From Octopus sinensis (lineage: Eukaryota), in the NCBI RefSeq assembly GCF_006345805.1, contig NC_042997.1, positions 158,658,001-158,722,000 of the forward strand: a stretch of 64,000 bases of DNA, written 5' to 3'. Each line of letters begins with the position of its first letter. Within the stretch, counting starts at the first letter, position 1. Below the pieces are notes generated by a model. It was given only the letters and a program-made list of their open reading frames with translations. It was not told where the DNA came from and ran no database searches. The position numbers and the translations under genes were made by a program. Positions 11,293 to 25,401 of the stretch are shown here, piece after piece.

Positions 11293-11404
11293 ACATAGTA
11301 TACTTACTGATAAATTCCTCTATTTACGTAAAATCGAGGTCTCCTTCGTTCTTTTGTTGTCTTGCCATTTGTATCAATATTTATATATATATATATATAT
11401 ATAT

Positions 11405-11441
<37 letters not shown>

Positions 11442-11525
11442 GAGAAAGAGAGAGAGAGTGAGTGAGAGAAAGAGAGAGAGAGTGAGTGAGTGAGAGAGAG
11501 AGAGAGAGAAAGAGTGAGAGAGACA
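11405..11525. repeat. (GA)n/(GAGT)n microsatellite
   Basis: Direct reading. Confidence 0.9.
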
Positions 11526-12458
11526 TTGATAAGTTTTATATTTTATATTTCCATACATTTGCACAGAAAAACACGTGCTACACTCAAGCAAAAATAGTTC
11601 ACATAGCGAAACAAATTCAAACATTCGTTGTTGAACCATTCCCCAGTTGAAAAATATTAAATATCGAGAATATTAGATATCAATAAGTAAAGAATGTCCT
11701 ATGAATTAAATGAGAAATCTACAAGGTATCAAAATTCAAAATTATCTACATTCAGTCACAGAATATTTTTTAAAATCCTTTATCAAATAAAGTAGGTAGT
11801 GCACCGTACCATATTATCAAAGTCAATGAGAAATGCATCTAATCAAACAAACATAACGCCATAAAGAAAATTAACCTAGACAAATAGATTAGATCGAAAC
11901 ATGAAATACAACACAAAATAGAACCATAGTGCGAAAATGACAAGTATTTTACTTTCGAAGATTACAGATACTATTTACAAATTGAACCATCTGTCTGATT
12001 AATAACGTGAGAAAGTCATATTAGATAGAAACCTCTCAATATATAAATTTTTGCCAACGCTACCACATCGTCGAAAGACAAAACGTATGTCATCGTATGT
12101 TTAAAGTTTATAGGGAACAAAATATGAAATAGGTTTTTTTACAGTAAATTTTAAAAAAAAAACATTACAACCATTCTCCAAAGAACTATATGCTCATCAA
12201 ACCATCATCCATGTAAATCAATAATCAATAATGCTAAACAAGGGAAAGCAATCATATAACAATTGTTGACAATAATTATAAGCTACAGCTAATCTATATG
12301 AACTAAACAAAAACTAATAACATTATTGAGGTCAGTAAGTATGTAGAAGTATGCGCGATTCATATAGTCTTAAATATATATATATTATATATTTGTATAT
12401 ATGTATGGATGTTATATATATATATATAATTATATATCTTTGTGTATATATATATATA

Positions 12459-12515
<57 letters not shown>

Positions 12516-13319
12516 TTTGCATATAATGTGCGTGTGTGTATATGCATGTTTTTATATACAAAGGTGTATAAAATATATAATACCTACTTCTAATGAATCA
12601 GTTGGAAATTTGCTAAAACAACTAAACCTTCCATAAGCCAACTAAAAGACAACTTAAACTAAAATTCCAAAACATATGACTTAGAAAGTAGTTAACTTTA
12701 TTTGTGTATACTTCGGCAAAATATTAAACCTTAAATTATTATATAGTATTAATTCGGAAACCCATTGAATCTTTATATCAGATGTATTAACAATGTGATA
12801 AATCTAAAACTGTCTGCAAGTTGGGAAATGTAGTAATAATACTGATCAACTAACCGATATATTTGTCAAAAGAAGAGTTAAAGACGCTCCCATATGATGC
12901 CCCCTGCAAAAATGAATGTAAAGAAAAATGTGATATGCAGCGAAAAGTAGGACTATTGCAAAGAATAGCAATAAAATCCTACTGCTTAAATGTTAAAATA
13001 TTAATCGCATAAAACTCTTTCACCCTAATTTTGAATTCCCCTTGTTTTCATCACAAATAGAAAAAAAAATTAATAAAAACACACATAACACATATATTAA
13101 CGGCTAACTTTGCATAGAAATTATCATCGAAAAGTCAGCTGTGATCGAAAAACCAGCTATGTAGAAACATGTCACTCATAAACACAAATACAGAACACAG
13201 AATGCCAGACTCTTCGAAAGTAAATGCTTCATAAATGGCAAAATATACAAATACGAAACTACCTTCAAACCAATATACACGTTGTTGCAATAATTTAAAC
13301 TTGAAAATTAAAATCAAGA

Positions 13320-13343
13320 CAGACACACACACACGGAGGCACG

Positions 13344-13412
<69 letters not shown>
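13320..13412. repeat. (CA)n microsatellite
   Basis: Direct reading. Confidence 0.95.
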
Positions 13413-13414
<2 letters not shown>

Positions 13415-13777
13415 AGAGTAAAATTAAACTACATTTCAATGGAATCTTTTATTTAATCACACACAAAATGGTTTCCTCTGAATGTGCTGTCACATATTTG
13501 TGTTATGGTTTATAAAATGTGAAACTGTTTTGATATTTGAAAAATGTACACAAGTATTGGTTAACTGACTAGGTGGAAGGGGCCCTTGTGTGTCTAAAAC
13601 AACCCAAGAGTTATATACATAACGACTGACCATATTATATCCAAAACAGCAGCACACTCTAAATTGTAAAGCAGTAGAGCAATTAGCTAAGCTCTTTATG
13701 GACGCGAAACCCAGGCTAACCCCCATAAACCGACCATAGCTATCTTTATTTACGTACACACACACATACGTATACAT

Positions 13778-13779
<2 letters not shown>

Positions 13780-13874
<95 letters not shown>

Positions 13875-13971
13875 TTGATAGATAGATTTGATAGATAGAT
13901 AGATATAGAGATATAGATAGATAGATAGATGATAGATAGATAATATATTTGATAGATAGATAGATAGAGAT

Positions 13972-14064
<93 letters not shown>

Positions 14065-14070
14065 TAGATA
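13780..14070. repeat. Long (GATA)n tetranucleotide array
   Basis: Direct reading. Confidence 0.95.
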
Positions 14071-14713
14071 TGCATGCATATATCTATGCATATGAGTATA
14101 AAGAGTAAGAGGGAAATCGAAATACAAAGATATGAATTAAACCGAGTCAAAACGATTGCGTGTGTGTTTTGTGTTCATCTCTGCATACGCTCGTGCATTC
14201 GTACACATACATGATTCGCATGTGCATGTGCATACAAACTTGCACAGAACACACACAAGCACACAACACACTCACATGAATAAATAAGCATTAGTAAAAA
14301 ACAAAACAAAACATGAATCTGCCGAAGGGTATGATAATAACAGAGTTAAAAACAAATTTATAGACGCATTTTTTTTTTATTATCGCTGAAACAATCTGGG
14401 TTTGTACATTTTAGTTTAGAATGATTGATTTCCATCCAGTTGAAAGTTTGTAAAGGATTAGGATATGAGGGAATTCAGAGTTAGATTAAGACATTCATAG
14501 AGATAATTTTTGCTTAGGCGGTTGTTTTAAATTATATATCTATGGTAAATTAACGGAAGATTGCTATAATGATAGTAGCAAATCGATAATAAGAATCGAA
14601 ACAGCAGGTGGAAATGAGAATGAATCCTTTTAGAAGCAGAAATAAATAACCAGTATATACATATATGTGCGCCTGTGAGTGTGTATATATGTGGTGTTAT
14701 GTGTATGTGCATA

Positions 14714-14782
<69 letters not shown>

Positions 14783-14864
14783 GTATATAATATGTATATA
14801 TATATATGTATATTATATATCACATATATATGCATGTATTGTATATGTATATATATATATTATT

Positions 14865-14904
<40 letters not shown>

Positions 14905-14995
14905 CATATCCTTTCCGGAGCGTCCAATAACACTATACTTGTTCCACGTCCTCGCGTTGTTGTGTTTTCTGTTTGTGTTTTCATGTTTGGATTAA

Positions 14996-15095
<100 letters not shown>

Positions 15096-15337
15096 TGTGT
15101 GTGTGTGTGTGTGTGTTGTATAAAGAGAAAACTAAAAAGTAAAAGAGTCTAAAGGAAGAGTAAGTACGGTTAGGCAGCTTTTTCATCGCTACAACTGATT
15201 CGATACATACAGATCCTTGTATATACTGGGTTTACAGTTTAAATTAAATTATTTAACGATTTACCCGTATAAGAAGATCTATATGTATCTCTTCACGCGA
15301 TACTCAGTTGCTGCCTCCGTAAGAAAAATTTAGATTT

Positions 15338-15481
15338 CTTGTGTCCGTCACTGTACAAAATCGCCACTATGCTCTAAATGGCTCAAGAAATAGATATTTC
15401 TAAAATATGATTAAAACCAGAACAATTCAAAGTACTGTAGTACTTGATTGATACTTAAACAGTCGACATCAATGAATATAG
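15338..15481 (+). repeat. Dispersed repeat, copy 1 (copy 2 at 17160-17299)
   Basis: A 24-nt 5' block and a 48-nt 3' block are identical between the copies. Confidence 0.85.
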
Positions 15482-15575
15482 TGTATGTATATATATGTAT
15501 GCGTATGAGTGTGTATACATGAGTGTATATATCTATGGGTGTATATAGATATGTGTGTGTGTGTGTGTGTGTGTG

Positions 15576-15617
<42 letters not shown>

Positions 15618-15733
15618 TACATATATTTACATTTATTGGCTAGTTTATACCAACATCATTAGGAATGCATAGTACACATGATTTACTTCAGGAATTCCTT
15701 GATGTCCGGCGAGTTTATATACACAGATTAAAA

Positions 15734-15991
15734 TAATAATAAATGCGCCCTTTTAAAGCTTAGCCAGGCTCATGGGCCCGGTTTCCCGGTTTCTACGGCG
15801 TATGTGTTCTCCAGCTGGACGGGACGCCAATCCATCGCAGCGTTACTCCTTTTTGCCTGCTGAGTGGACTGGAGCAACGTGAAATGAAGTGTTTTGCTCA
15901 AGAATACAGCGCGTCGCCCGGGCCAGGAATCGAAACTACAATCTTACGATCATGATGTTGACATCCTAACCACTAAGCCACGCGCCGCCAC
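15734..15991 (-). mobile_element. SINE family C
   Basis: Minus-strand A box gtggcttagtggttagg and B box gtttcgattcc. Tail gggaaaccgggcccatgagcctggct is shared with 35062-35375. Confidence 0.85.
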
Positions 15992-16489
15992 TTATATAAA
16001 CAGATTAGAGACAAAACATGGAATTCACGAGATTATTCCTATCTACTACTATTGTTTTGACTTTTGACTCATCCTGCATCTATAGCTTACAGGCAAGATT
16101 CCGTACACTCAATTGCTTTGCATGACAGGTGCAGATTGCATCTTGTCATGTGACTTTTAAACAAGCACACCATTCTTTCTTCTCTTCATTTTACTTAGCT
16201 CTATTACGATATGTGTCTAGGCAGATTGTGCATTCTAGCAGTTTTCATAAGAGATTGAGAAAGTCACAAAAAACATTGTTCCCATTCTCTAGGGCTCGAA
16301 TTCTTTGCTCCGAGAAAACCCTATATATTTTGTTGAATGCTGAGTCAACAAGTCCTCTGATGTAACCATAGATTGAAATACACCCCTTTGGTGGTATTAT
16401 AGGGAAAGTTAGTTTTTTGGTCTAATCTGTATAGAGTAAGTTGTTTTTAGGAGCGGTCTTTTACTATTTTATTCGTTTCAGTCGTATAT

Positions 16490-16655
16490 ATACGACGGGA
16501 TTCTTCCAGCTTCCGTCTACCAAATGCCCTCACAAGGCTTAGGTCGGCCTGAGGCTATAGTAGAAGACACTTACTCAAAGTACCACGCGCTGGGGCTGAA
16601 ACCGGGATCATGTGGTTAGTAAGCAAGCTAGTTACCACACAGCCACTCCTGAGCC
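16490..16655 (-). mobile_element. SINE family B, 5' half
   Basis: Reverse complement of ggagtggctgtgtggtaa...ttggtagacggaa as seen at 24592 and 36208. Confidence 0.8.
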
Positions 16656-17159
16656 TGTTCACTATTTCGTATAAAATATTTTACATCTGATACATGGAAA
16701 ATAATATTTAGAAAACAATAGAAATGCGACAATTTTTTTTAACAATATAATTTAATTTTAAATTAAGTGCAATTTTTTTTTATGAAATACATTTACAATT
16801 TTTTTTATTACGTTACACAGTCTATCGTTTTATGAGAAACTAAACGTGAATATATATACATCGAAGCAGAAATTATACTTATTGTTATTTTCAAATCTCG
16901 AGAATATATCTTCAATTGTTTTGTGTATTTCTTTATATGTGTTATTGTTTCATATAGCGTTCCACTTACAATAAAAAATATATGACTGTCATAATTCTTT
17001 ATCGGGAAGAGCAATAATAATTATCTCTGACGTAAGCACACTTCTACAAGCAGAATATAGTATACTGAGTCAGTTCAAAGACCTACGAAGGATGTATCAG
17101 TTGATCGTGGAGAGATTTTATCGCAGGAGTTAAAAAGACGTAACCCAAGGCAACACGCT

Positions 17160-17299
17160 CTTGTGTCCGTCACTGTACAAAATACCACTATGCCGTACAT
17201 GACTCTAGAAATAGATATTTCTAAAATATTAAGAGCAGAGCATTTCAATGGACTGTAGTACTTGATTGATACTTAAACAGTCGACATCAATGAATATAG
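17160..17299 (+). repeat. Dispersed repeat, copy 2
   Basis: See 15338-15481. Confidence 0.85.
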
Positions 17300-18529
17300 A
17301 GTCTAACATATCTTTCTAAAAGACATTAGCGATTTCGTGACATTGTTTATAATTTATGGTTATTGCAAATAACTTCCTTAACCCGACGTCAAATTATGTA
17401 GATAATAATAATCTGTAATTATGATTTATGTAAAACCGTTTTCGAAATTTAGGACATTAAGACATTATAACAATTCATTCAAACAACAATAAATCATTTT
17501 TATTATTTTTAAATATATTTTCTACATATATTTATGGAAGATATAAAGTTCGACGAAGATATAAAAATATTCTTCATTCAAAGATCATGGAAATCAAGAA
17601 TCCATATATGACTTATATATTATCAAGAAACACGTGGTACATTTGACAGATTTAATGTTTAAGCAAAGAAGCTCTGATTTCACTAATCAAAAGCTTCTCT
17701 GAAATAAGTATTTCACAATATTACAGTGAAATTCCGGAGTTTTGAAAGAATTAGATTCGAAATAAGTTCTCCCCGAAACAAGACATCAAAGAATGGAGTG
17801 GGGCCATAGAGTCAAATATATCCTTTCATGTAACATACACACTCATCTACATAAAAAATCTGGTTCATTGTCAATTTTTTTTAATGCGCTGGCACTGACT
17901 ACTACATTGCTTCCTAAACTATTTCCACCCAAGCCCCATTGTAACTTTCCAGAAAAATGCATGCCCCACTGGTGGTTGGGAAAAAAACAACAATAATTTT
18001 GATATTTCATATTTATATACTTCTCTTGAATAAATATCCACTGTAGGGCATTATAATTGCACTATACTGTAGAAAAGTCTTCCCACTATGCTTGGCAGGA
18101 GCGATTGGTTAGGCTAGGCTGAGTGTATGTGTGATAGATTCGCTGTGAAAAAAGATTATCACAATTCCATGTCCGACTTAAAAAAAAAGAAAACAAATTG
18201 TATCTCATATCCCACCACAGTTTTTCCAGGCCCCACAGGTGGGAATCACTAGACTAGTACAATAAAATGTCAATCAGTAAATACATAGAGAAAATAATTG
18301 ATTACTGAATAAATATTATGTCAGTTCTAGTAGACTATAATAAAATTATAACATTTGCAAATATATGCACTCTGTAAATTATCTATATGCATATTTACTC
18401 ATACCCATACGTAAACACCAGAACACTGAATATTGAGTATATTTTCCATACATATTTAGAATATTCTAATATAATGCATGAACATGTATATATAGGGATA
18501 TTTAGAATATATATGGAAAATATTTTTCT

Positions 18530-19360
18530 AAGCATTTTGAGTGTTCCAATGTACTGGATGCTGTTCATGATGCAACCAGGTTCCAAAACACCAAAGTGAT
18601 TTATGCGGTTTTCAGTCGGGAAATAAAAGAGAACAGTAACTATGGCTTTCTAACCCATTCTCTGGCTCTTGAACATCGACTTTAGAGAAGAAGTGTGATG
18701 TCATTTCATAGACTGTATTTTCTTTTTCAGATCAGAAAGACACTACCACATTTTATGCTTTGACACAAGGAACATACAGAAAAATGCGCGTTCATTGGCT
18801 TTAAACACTTCCAACAGATCCTTCAAATCAGTTGTTAGCTGCCAAGGGACCATTTTGCACACCCTTCACAGTATTCAAAGTTTTCTACAACCTTCTCTTA
18901 TGCATTGTGATCACAGTCTAGCGTGCGGCAAGCTCAGAGACAGTGATTCGAATGTCCGTGCGAATAAAATCATCCACTTGCAGAGGGTTTGAACCACAGG
19001 TCGTAGTTTATCATCGCTAATTGCGTGATTTGTCTCCAAATGCTGGTTTCTTCTACATTAAACTTCTTAATTCATTTGTACAAATTGCTCCTCTTAGCAA
19101 GATGTTGCTTTCCGTGTATTTCTGTGTATATAAGACAGCCTGCAACATTTCTTCGACAAGAACGACTGTACATTACTTCTACTTAGAGTCCATAAGCAAT
19201 AAGAAACTGAAACAAGAGTTAATATAGAGGAGATACTGTACCAAGATCTGCAACTTCAATGACTTTTTATAATTATTAAAAAAAGTTATGCTAACTTTTG
19301 CGTTAATTACAGGACAGTGTCCCTATACGTTCTTCAATTTTGAACAGAAGCCCTACGAGT
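18530..19360 (-). mobile_element. Decayed mariner (Tc1/mariner) transposon fragment
   Basis: Minus-strand motifs across frames: VDDFIRTDIRITVSELAA, CAKW/PWQLT (WVPxxL-like), EKKIQSM, EPGCIMNSIQYIGTLKML. Possible TIR remnant (gggc..tgttcaaaa) at about 19336-19358. Confidence 0.72.
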
Positions 19361-19803
19361 ATAGCAACATTTCATATAAAATACGTTTCCTCAGTGATAG
19401 ATATTAATAACAATCAGATCATACATCAGAATTATATAAAAGCAAAGCAAAATAAAAGCAATATTATAAGAAACAAAATTATTCTTGCTTAGTGGCCAAA
19501 ACCTCTATACAATCTACATTATATCTAATAATGAACTATGAAACCTTCCACCGACAGGAGATATAACAATATCTGCTATTGATCGATTTCCATAAAACAG
19601 GTGTTTCTATTAATTTGTACGAAAGACTACGCAAATCTAAACGAAAACGTACGATGTCTTCTGTCATCGATAGATAAATATCACTAGATGAAAGTAGACC
19701 TCTGCTTATATTACTTTGTCCGTGGACATGTAGATATAATTGTAGTAATCACAGATAATTTAGATTAATGGTATCATAAATTTTCGAAATGAAATATATG
19801 AAA

Positions 19804-20163
19804 TACTAGCAGTATCGCCCGGCGTTGCTCAGGTTTGTAAGGGAAATAACTATAAAGCATTTTTAGAGAGTTATAGTAAAAAAATGGAAAAAAATGATGG
19901 TAAATTTTTTTGAGATTTAAAAAAAGGTGGAGTTTGTGGTTTGTGTTTCTGATTCTCGACCCCATGTCGAATTTATCGATTTTTTTTCAGAACTGGGGGA
20001 ACTTTTCAAAATTTTCGCTGCGTTAGTTTTGAATTATGACATTGGGCTATGTGTGTGTCAAGTTTCATCAGAATCGGTTGAAAGCCGTGGTCAGGGTGAG
20101 GGTACAAGCAAACAGACACACAGAAACACGCACAGACAAACTGCCGTTTATATATAGAGAGAT
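19804..20163 (+). mobile_element. Non-autonomous Helitron/Helentron-like element
   Basis: 5' actagc..tcgcccggcgttgctc(a/g)gg and 3' acagacaaa...tttatatatagaga. The same termini occur at 25402-25798. The architecture resembles Lep1/DINE-type elements (inference). Confidence 0.6.
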
Positions 20164-20499
20164 ATCATACGCGTCAGTAATTTTCAAAATTGTAATTATT
20201 GTCTCCCATAATTTAATAGAGTATAGAAACTAATTCAAATATCAGAATACTAATTTCTATATCCCACAGTTAAAACGGTATCTAATACTTTTTATACGCA
20301 ACTAATATCGTTCTACTTGTAAAATGGCCATTATATGAGAATAATTATCCTCTTTAAAATATTGCTTGTATTAATAAGTTCTTGCATTGTATGTCAATGT
20401 TTAATTATTGTAATATATATGAATGTACATATGTATATGCACATATATATTATATATATATAATATATATTAATATGTATATATGTATGTATATATATA

Positions 20500-20549
<50 letters not shown>

Positions 20550-20587
20550 ATATTAGTATATATATGTATATATACACATACGTATAT

Positions 20588-20818
20588 CTCACCGTGAACA
20601 CCGTGACCGTCCAGACTATCAGATGTTGCTACACATCGCTGGTCACAATGCGCTTCGCATTGCTTTAGCCTTCAAATGATGCACCGTTGGCTAAGCGAGC
20701 AGGTCAACAGAAAAAAGACTGAAAATTGTGGCGAAAGAGTACAGCAGGTGTTTTCGCTCAATAAACACTCACAACGCCCGGTCTGGGAAGCGAAACCGCC
20801 GGGCCATTTCGCCCCCAC
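20588..20818 (-). mobile_element. SINE with family C core and a different (cacggtga)n-type tail
   Basis: Minus strand gaccgggcgttgtgagtgtttattgagcgaaaacacct matches about 35130-35170. Tail gcgcattgtgaccagcgatgtg...cacggtgttcacggtgag. Confidence 0.75.
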
Positions 20819-20829
20819 ACATACGTGCG

Positions 20830-20864
20830 TACGTATATGTACGTATATGTATTGTATATATATA

Positions 20865-20924
<60 letters not shown>

Positions 20925-20981
20925 ATATATATTCTTATATATATGTATATATATATATATATATATATTCATATATATATG

Positions 20982-21016
<35 letters not shown>

Positions 21017-21021
21017 TCATA

Positions 21022-21054
<33 letters not shown>

Positions 21055-21100
21055 TCATATATATATGTATATATATACATATATATATGTATATATATAC

Positions 21101-21152
<52 letters not shown>

Positions 21153-21209
21153 TCATATATATATGTATATATATACATATATATATATGCATATATATAT
21201 GTATATAAA

Positions 21210-21259
<50 letters not shown>

Positions 21260-21285
21260 TGTGTGTGTGTGTGTGGTGTGTGTGT
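20830..21285. repeat. (TA)n array with higher-order units, then (GT)n
   Basis: Direct reading. Confidence 0.9.
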
Positions 21286-21333
21286 ATAAAATCTAAAGCT
21301 GTGAATAGTTTTCAGAACATTTATAAAGAGATG

Positions 21334-21380
21334 GTCTTACAGCTGCTTCCAGAATATTTTATATATCCCTTCATCAAAGG
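21334..21380 (-). ncRNA. Hammerhead motif, degenerate copy
   Basis: tTGATGA agggatat ataaa atattctg GAAG cagctg T A agac. C3 and one A of GAAA are mutated; stem III palindrome ACAGCTGT-like. Confidence 0.55.
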
Positions 21381-22545
21381 CGCACCAACCATCATAATCG
21401 CAAACGACCAAACACATCCTTGAAAGAACCCCGAAAGATCTTACAAGTAGACAATCTGGACCCCACTCGCATGCATTTAACACTAAGTCAAAACTAAAAC
21501 AGCTAACAACAACAGGCCTTGCCACCCCCTCTATCTCCAAAAATATAGATAGCACTCCATTTTCCAAAAACGTAGATAGCACTACTCCTAGACACCATAC
21601 AAAAAGTGGTGGACGCTCTATCTTGTGGTACACCCTGCCTCCTCACTTAACGTTAAGAACTGAGCTAAATACTTCTTTAAAATACTAGACTCCAACTTCC
21701 CTCGTCAACATAAATACCTTTCTATCTTTTATAGAGCCACTCTGAAACTATCCTATTCTGCCCCACCCAACTTTGAATCTATCGTAGCAGCCTCTAATAA
21801 ATAAAAGCTTTCTCTGTACTATGAACGCTCACGAACGCTCAACACACACACAACTCCAGCACGGAAACCCTTACATTAGACCACAAACACAACCCAACCC
21901 GTCCTTTTGGCACTTCCCAGAATATTACCACAACCTCTACCACTAATATTAGTACAACTAATAACAACAATAGTAATAATAACAATAATATGAATAATAG
22001 CATTAATAATACTAATAGTTCAGATCTTCTACCTTCCTCTCTAAACTCTCGTCTGACAATATTACATCCTCCATTCCTGAAAACAATCTCCGAAATTCAC
22101 CCACTTGTAACTGCCGTCCTGGAGCCATCTACCCTTTGCAATCCCATTAGAGAAGATATAATGTCATTTACAACTGCACTGTCCTTAACACATTACACAA
22201 TTCTGCAGTCATCTACATAAGATCAACCATAAATTTTAAACGACGAGGTGTTGCTCATCTCCAAGGTCAGCACTCAACCTGCAAGCTTTGCCTGAACGAG
22301 GCACTTCACAAATTCGAGCACAACTCTTCAACACTACTAAATAAACATAATGTAGACCTAAGTACATGCAACCACCGCATTTTTCCTACATTCACATTCT
22401 ACCACAAATCCAAATGCCAAAATAACCACACAGTATACTTCCACAATACTCCTTAGGTAATCCCCAATAATCTTATAAATCTACATTTTAACTTGTAATC
22501 CTTAAGTAATTCCTCTTTCATACTTGAGGATCAGAATCATTTAAT

Positions 22546-22588
<43 letters not shown>

Positions 22589-22842
22589 TGTGTGTGTGTG
22601 TACGTTTGTATGCATGTATGTATGTAGCTGTGTGTGTATATATATATATACATATATGTGTGTGTGTGTATATATATCTGTACGCATACCTGCCTCTGTG
22701 TGTGTGTATGTGTGTACGTGTGTGTATGTATGTACTTGCATACATTTATGCGCACGTGTGAGTCTGCTTGCAAGAATTTATATATACAAAAATAGATACA
22801 AATGAGCGTGTATACGTATAACATACAAGAGTATCTCGCACT

Positions 22843-22890
22843 GTCTCTGATGAAGGGATATATAAGATATCCTGGAAACAGCTATAAGGC
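22843..22890 (+). ncRNA. Hammerhead motif in PLE pLTR
   Basis: gtct CTGATGA(22847-22853) a-gggatat ataag atatcct-g GAAA(22875-22878) cagcta T A aggc. One stem III mismatch. Confidence 0.65.
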
Positions 22891-23108
22891 CTTATCTTTA
22901 TAAATGTTCTGAAAACTATTCACAGCCTTAGAGTTTTTATCTCATTCTGCTAATTTTTATATATATGCAATGCTAATACAGGACCTACGTTGGACACATC
23001 ATTCGTATCATTATCGAACGTGGAGCTTAACTATAGTCTGTCCATAGCACTTACTCATCATTACCTTATACCTTTGGGTCTTCGTGACACCAATACCTCT
23101 CATACCCA

Positions 23109-23143
<35 letters not shown>

Positions 23144-24591
23144 TATATTCATGAATTTATATATCTATAGATGTCTGTATATGTATGTGTGTGTTTATTG
23201 TGTGTGTGTGTCTGAGTGTACGCGCTTATGTGTGTATAAACGTATATACATATGCGTGTATGCGTATGGTTTGTATATAAACGTATATTTGTGTGTAGAT
23301 TGTTTTATACATACCTACGTATATATACATTAACAATACAAATTTTTATATTTCGTTGTATCTCAAAAGGATTTTCTTTTATTGTATAAACATAGACGTC
23401 TTCTTCTACATTGTTTTATATTCCCAACATTTAATTATTAAAAAAAGTGCTTTTGATCATCATTTTAATAGTGTAATATATTTTTTCTGGGAAAATTAAC
23501 GATATTTAAACGATGACCTTTTCTATAACTTGGTTGTAAAACCTTTATTAAGCAAAGGAAATTAGATTGGTAAAATGGGTAGCATAACTAAACGAGCTGA
23601 ATGCATAGTAAAGCAGTCTGATTTGTACTCTTGTGATTCTAGGTTTGATGTTATTGTGCAGAATCTCGGAGAAGTAACGGCTTCTGTTCGTCTTATAGTT
23701 TGTATTTGTAATATGCGATTACTCTGGTCGAATTCTTTTCCTGAAAGAGCGAGCTTATCATGATCATCACGTTGTCAATTATTCGCAAAAGCAAAGCACC
23801 AATTATTATTGTTAATTATGTAAATTTGTAATGTGTGTACAGAAGCTGGAGGTTTCAGAAAAGTTACCCGTAGTTATCCTCTCTCTGACTTTCACTGAAA
23901 TATTCACTGCAGCAAGGCAGATATTTTCTGACGATACATATATTTTCTTGAGTATCCCTAGCAAAATTATCAGGCTTATTATGTTAAAACTTAATGGAAA
24001 ATATCCCTTGCGCTACTGATTGCGTGGTTATTCAATAACAACACGTTTTATTTTCTATATTTATTCTACAACAGACTTTACTTTTTCTCGAATGGCATTG
24101 CACATTGTTTTAGTGAAAGGCCGTGTCGCATTATACGGTAGTACATTGATGACACATTTTAGGTGCCTTTAAATCATATGTACGATGTATGCCACAGAAA
24201 TATGACATAATTTACATTTTAAGTTGTATCTAGAGGCTCCTAGGGTTTCACTTGATGTTTTGTTTATTTCGTACCGACCTCCTATTCTTGATTGCAAATG
24301 CATAGCCTTAGAGGTTTTCTGAAATACATTGGTCATGAGTATTCTCCAAGTAGTCGGGAAAGATACCCATGGGTGCTCATTTTTTTTTTTTATTGCATAC
24401 CATGTTTTTGAGAAGCTTGCTTCTTACCACACAGCCACGGCTGCACCTATATAAATAAATAGGTATTTATTGTTATCTCGCCAATTGGGTTATCTCCCCC
24501 ACCCCCGTTTTACGAGAAATATCGGTACTTTTGGGTATCACCTTCAACTAAAAATATTGTTTAACCCTCAATAAAATAAAACAAAACAAAA

Positions 24592-24975
24592 TGAAGGAGT
24601 GGCTTTGTGGTAAGTAGCTTGCTTACGAACCACATGATTCCACCTTGGGCAAGTGTCTTCTACTATAACCTCGGGCCGACCAAAACCTTGTAAGTGGATT
24701 TGGTAGACGGAGACTGGAAGAAGCCCGTCGTATATGTCTATATATGTATGTATGTGTGTGTGTGTTTGTGCATATGTGTTTGTCCCCCCAACATCGCTTG
24801 ACAACCAATGCTGGTGTGTTTATGTCCCCGTAACCTAGAAGTTCGGCAAAAGACCGATAGAATATGTACTACGCTTACAAAGAATAAGTCCTGGGGTCGA
24901 GTTGCTCGATTAAGGTGGTGCTCCAGCATGGCCACAGTCACATGACTAAAACAAGTAAGAGTAAAAGAGTGAAGA
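24592..24975 (+). mobile_element. SINE family B, near full length
   Basis: tRNA-like head, ccttgggcaagt core, internal (TA/TG) tract, tail ggtggtgctccagcatggccacagtcacatgactaaaacaagtaagag. Confidence 0.88.
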
Positions 24976-25401
24976 GTAAACATAGAAAGTGCAAAGATGA
25001 AACATCTTATTGACTCTGATAATATTTTTATAACAAATCATACAAAACTGAAAAAATTAATAAACATGAAAAGAGAAAAAATTAATAAACATGAAAAATG
25101 AAAAAAATTAACCTTACTGTATCTGATAATATTTTTATAGGAAGTCATACCATACTTATAGAGGCCAAACGTCATCAATGTGATGAAGTACTGAATCAAA
25201 ACTGTTTTAATCCAATCTATTGTCGCCAATTTAACTCGATTCTTTAGTGGGGAGATAACCCAATTTTTAACGGCAATTTTTTAATGGGGGTGAGACAACC
25301 GAAAAGTACTAATAAATAAATAATCAAATACACACACACACACACACGCATGACACAATTATGCATGCGCGCACGGGCATGTGTGTGCATTAGTATATAA
25401 G

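Larger units (their letters stand above)
21287..22940 (+). mobile_element. 5'-truncated Penelope-like element with inverted 5' pLTR
   Basis: GRSILWY...KYFFKILDSNFPRQHKYLSIFYRATLKLSYS (about 21610-21790); GIY-YIG remnant NVIYNCTV...YIRSTINFKRR (22160-22250); CKLCLNE (about 22281). pLTR 22843-22940 (+) is mirrored at 21287-21380 (-). Confidence 0.85.

Noticed and set aside
13130-13180. GAAA-catg-TC with a nearby agctg/cagct stem
   Set aside because: No CUGANGA box.
16040-16380. Possible decayed coding sequence on the minus strand
   Set aside because: Stops in all frames and no recognisable motif.
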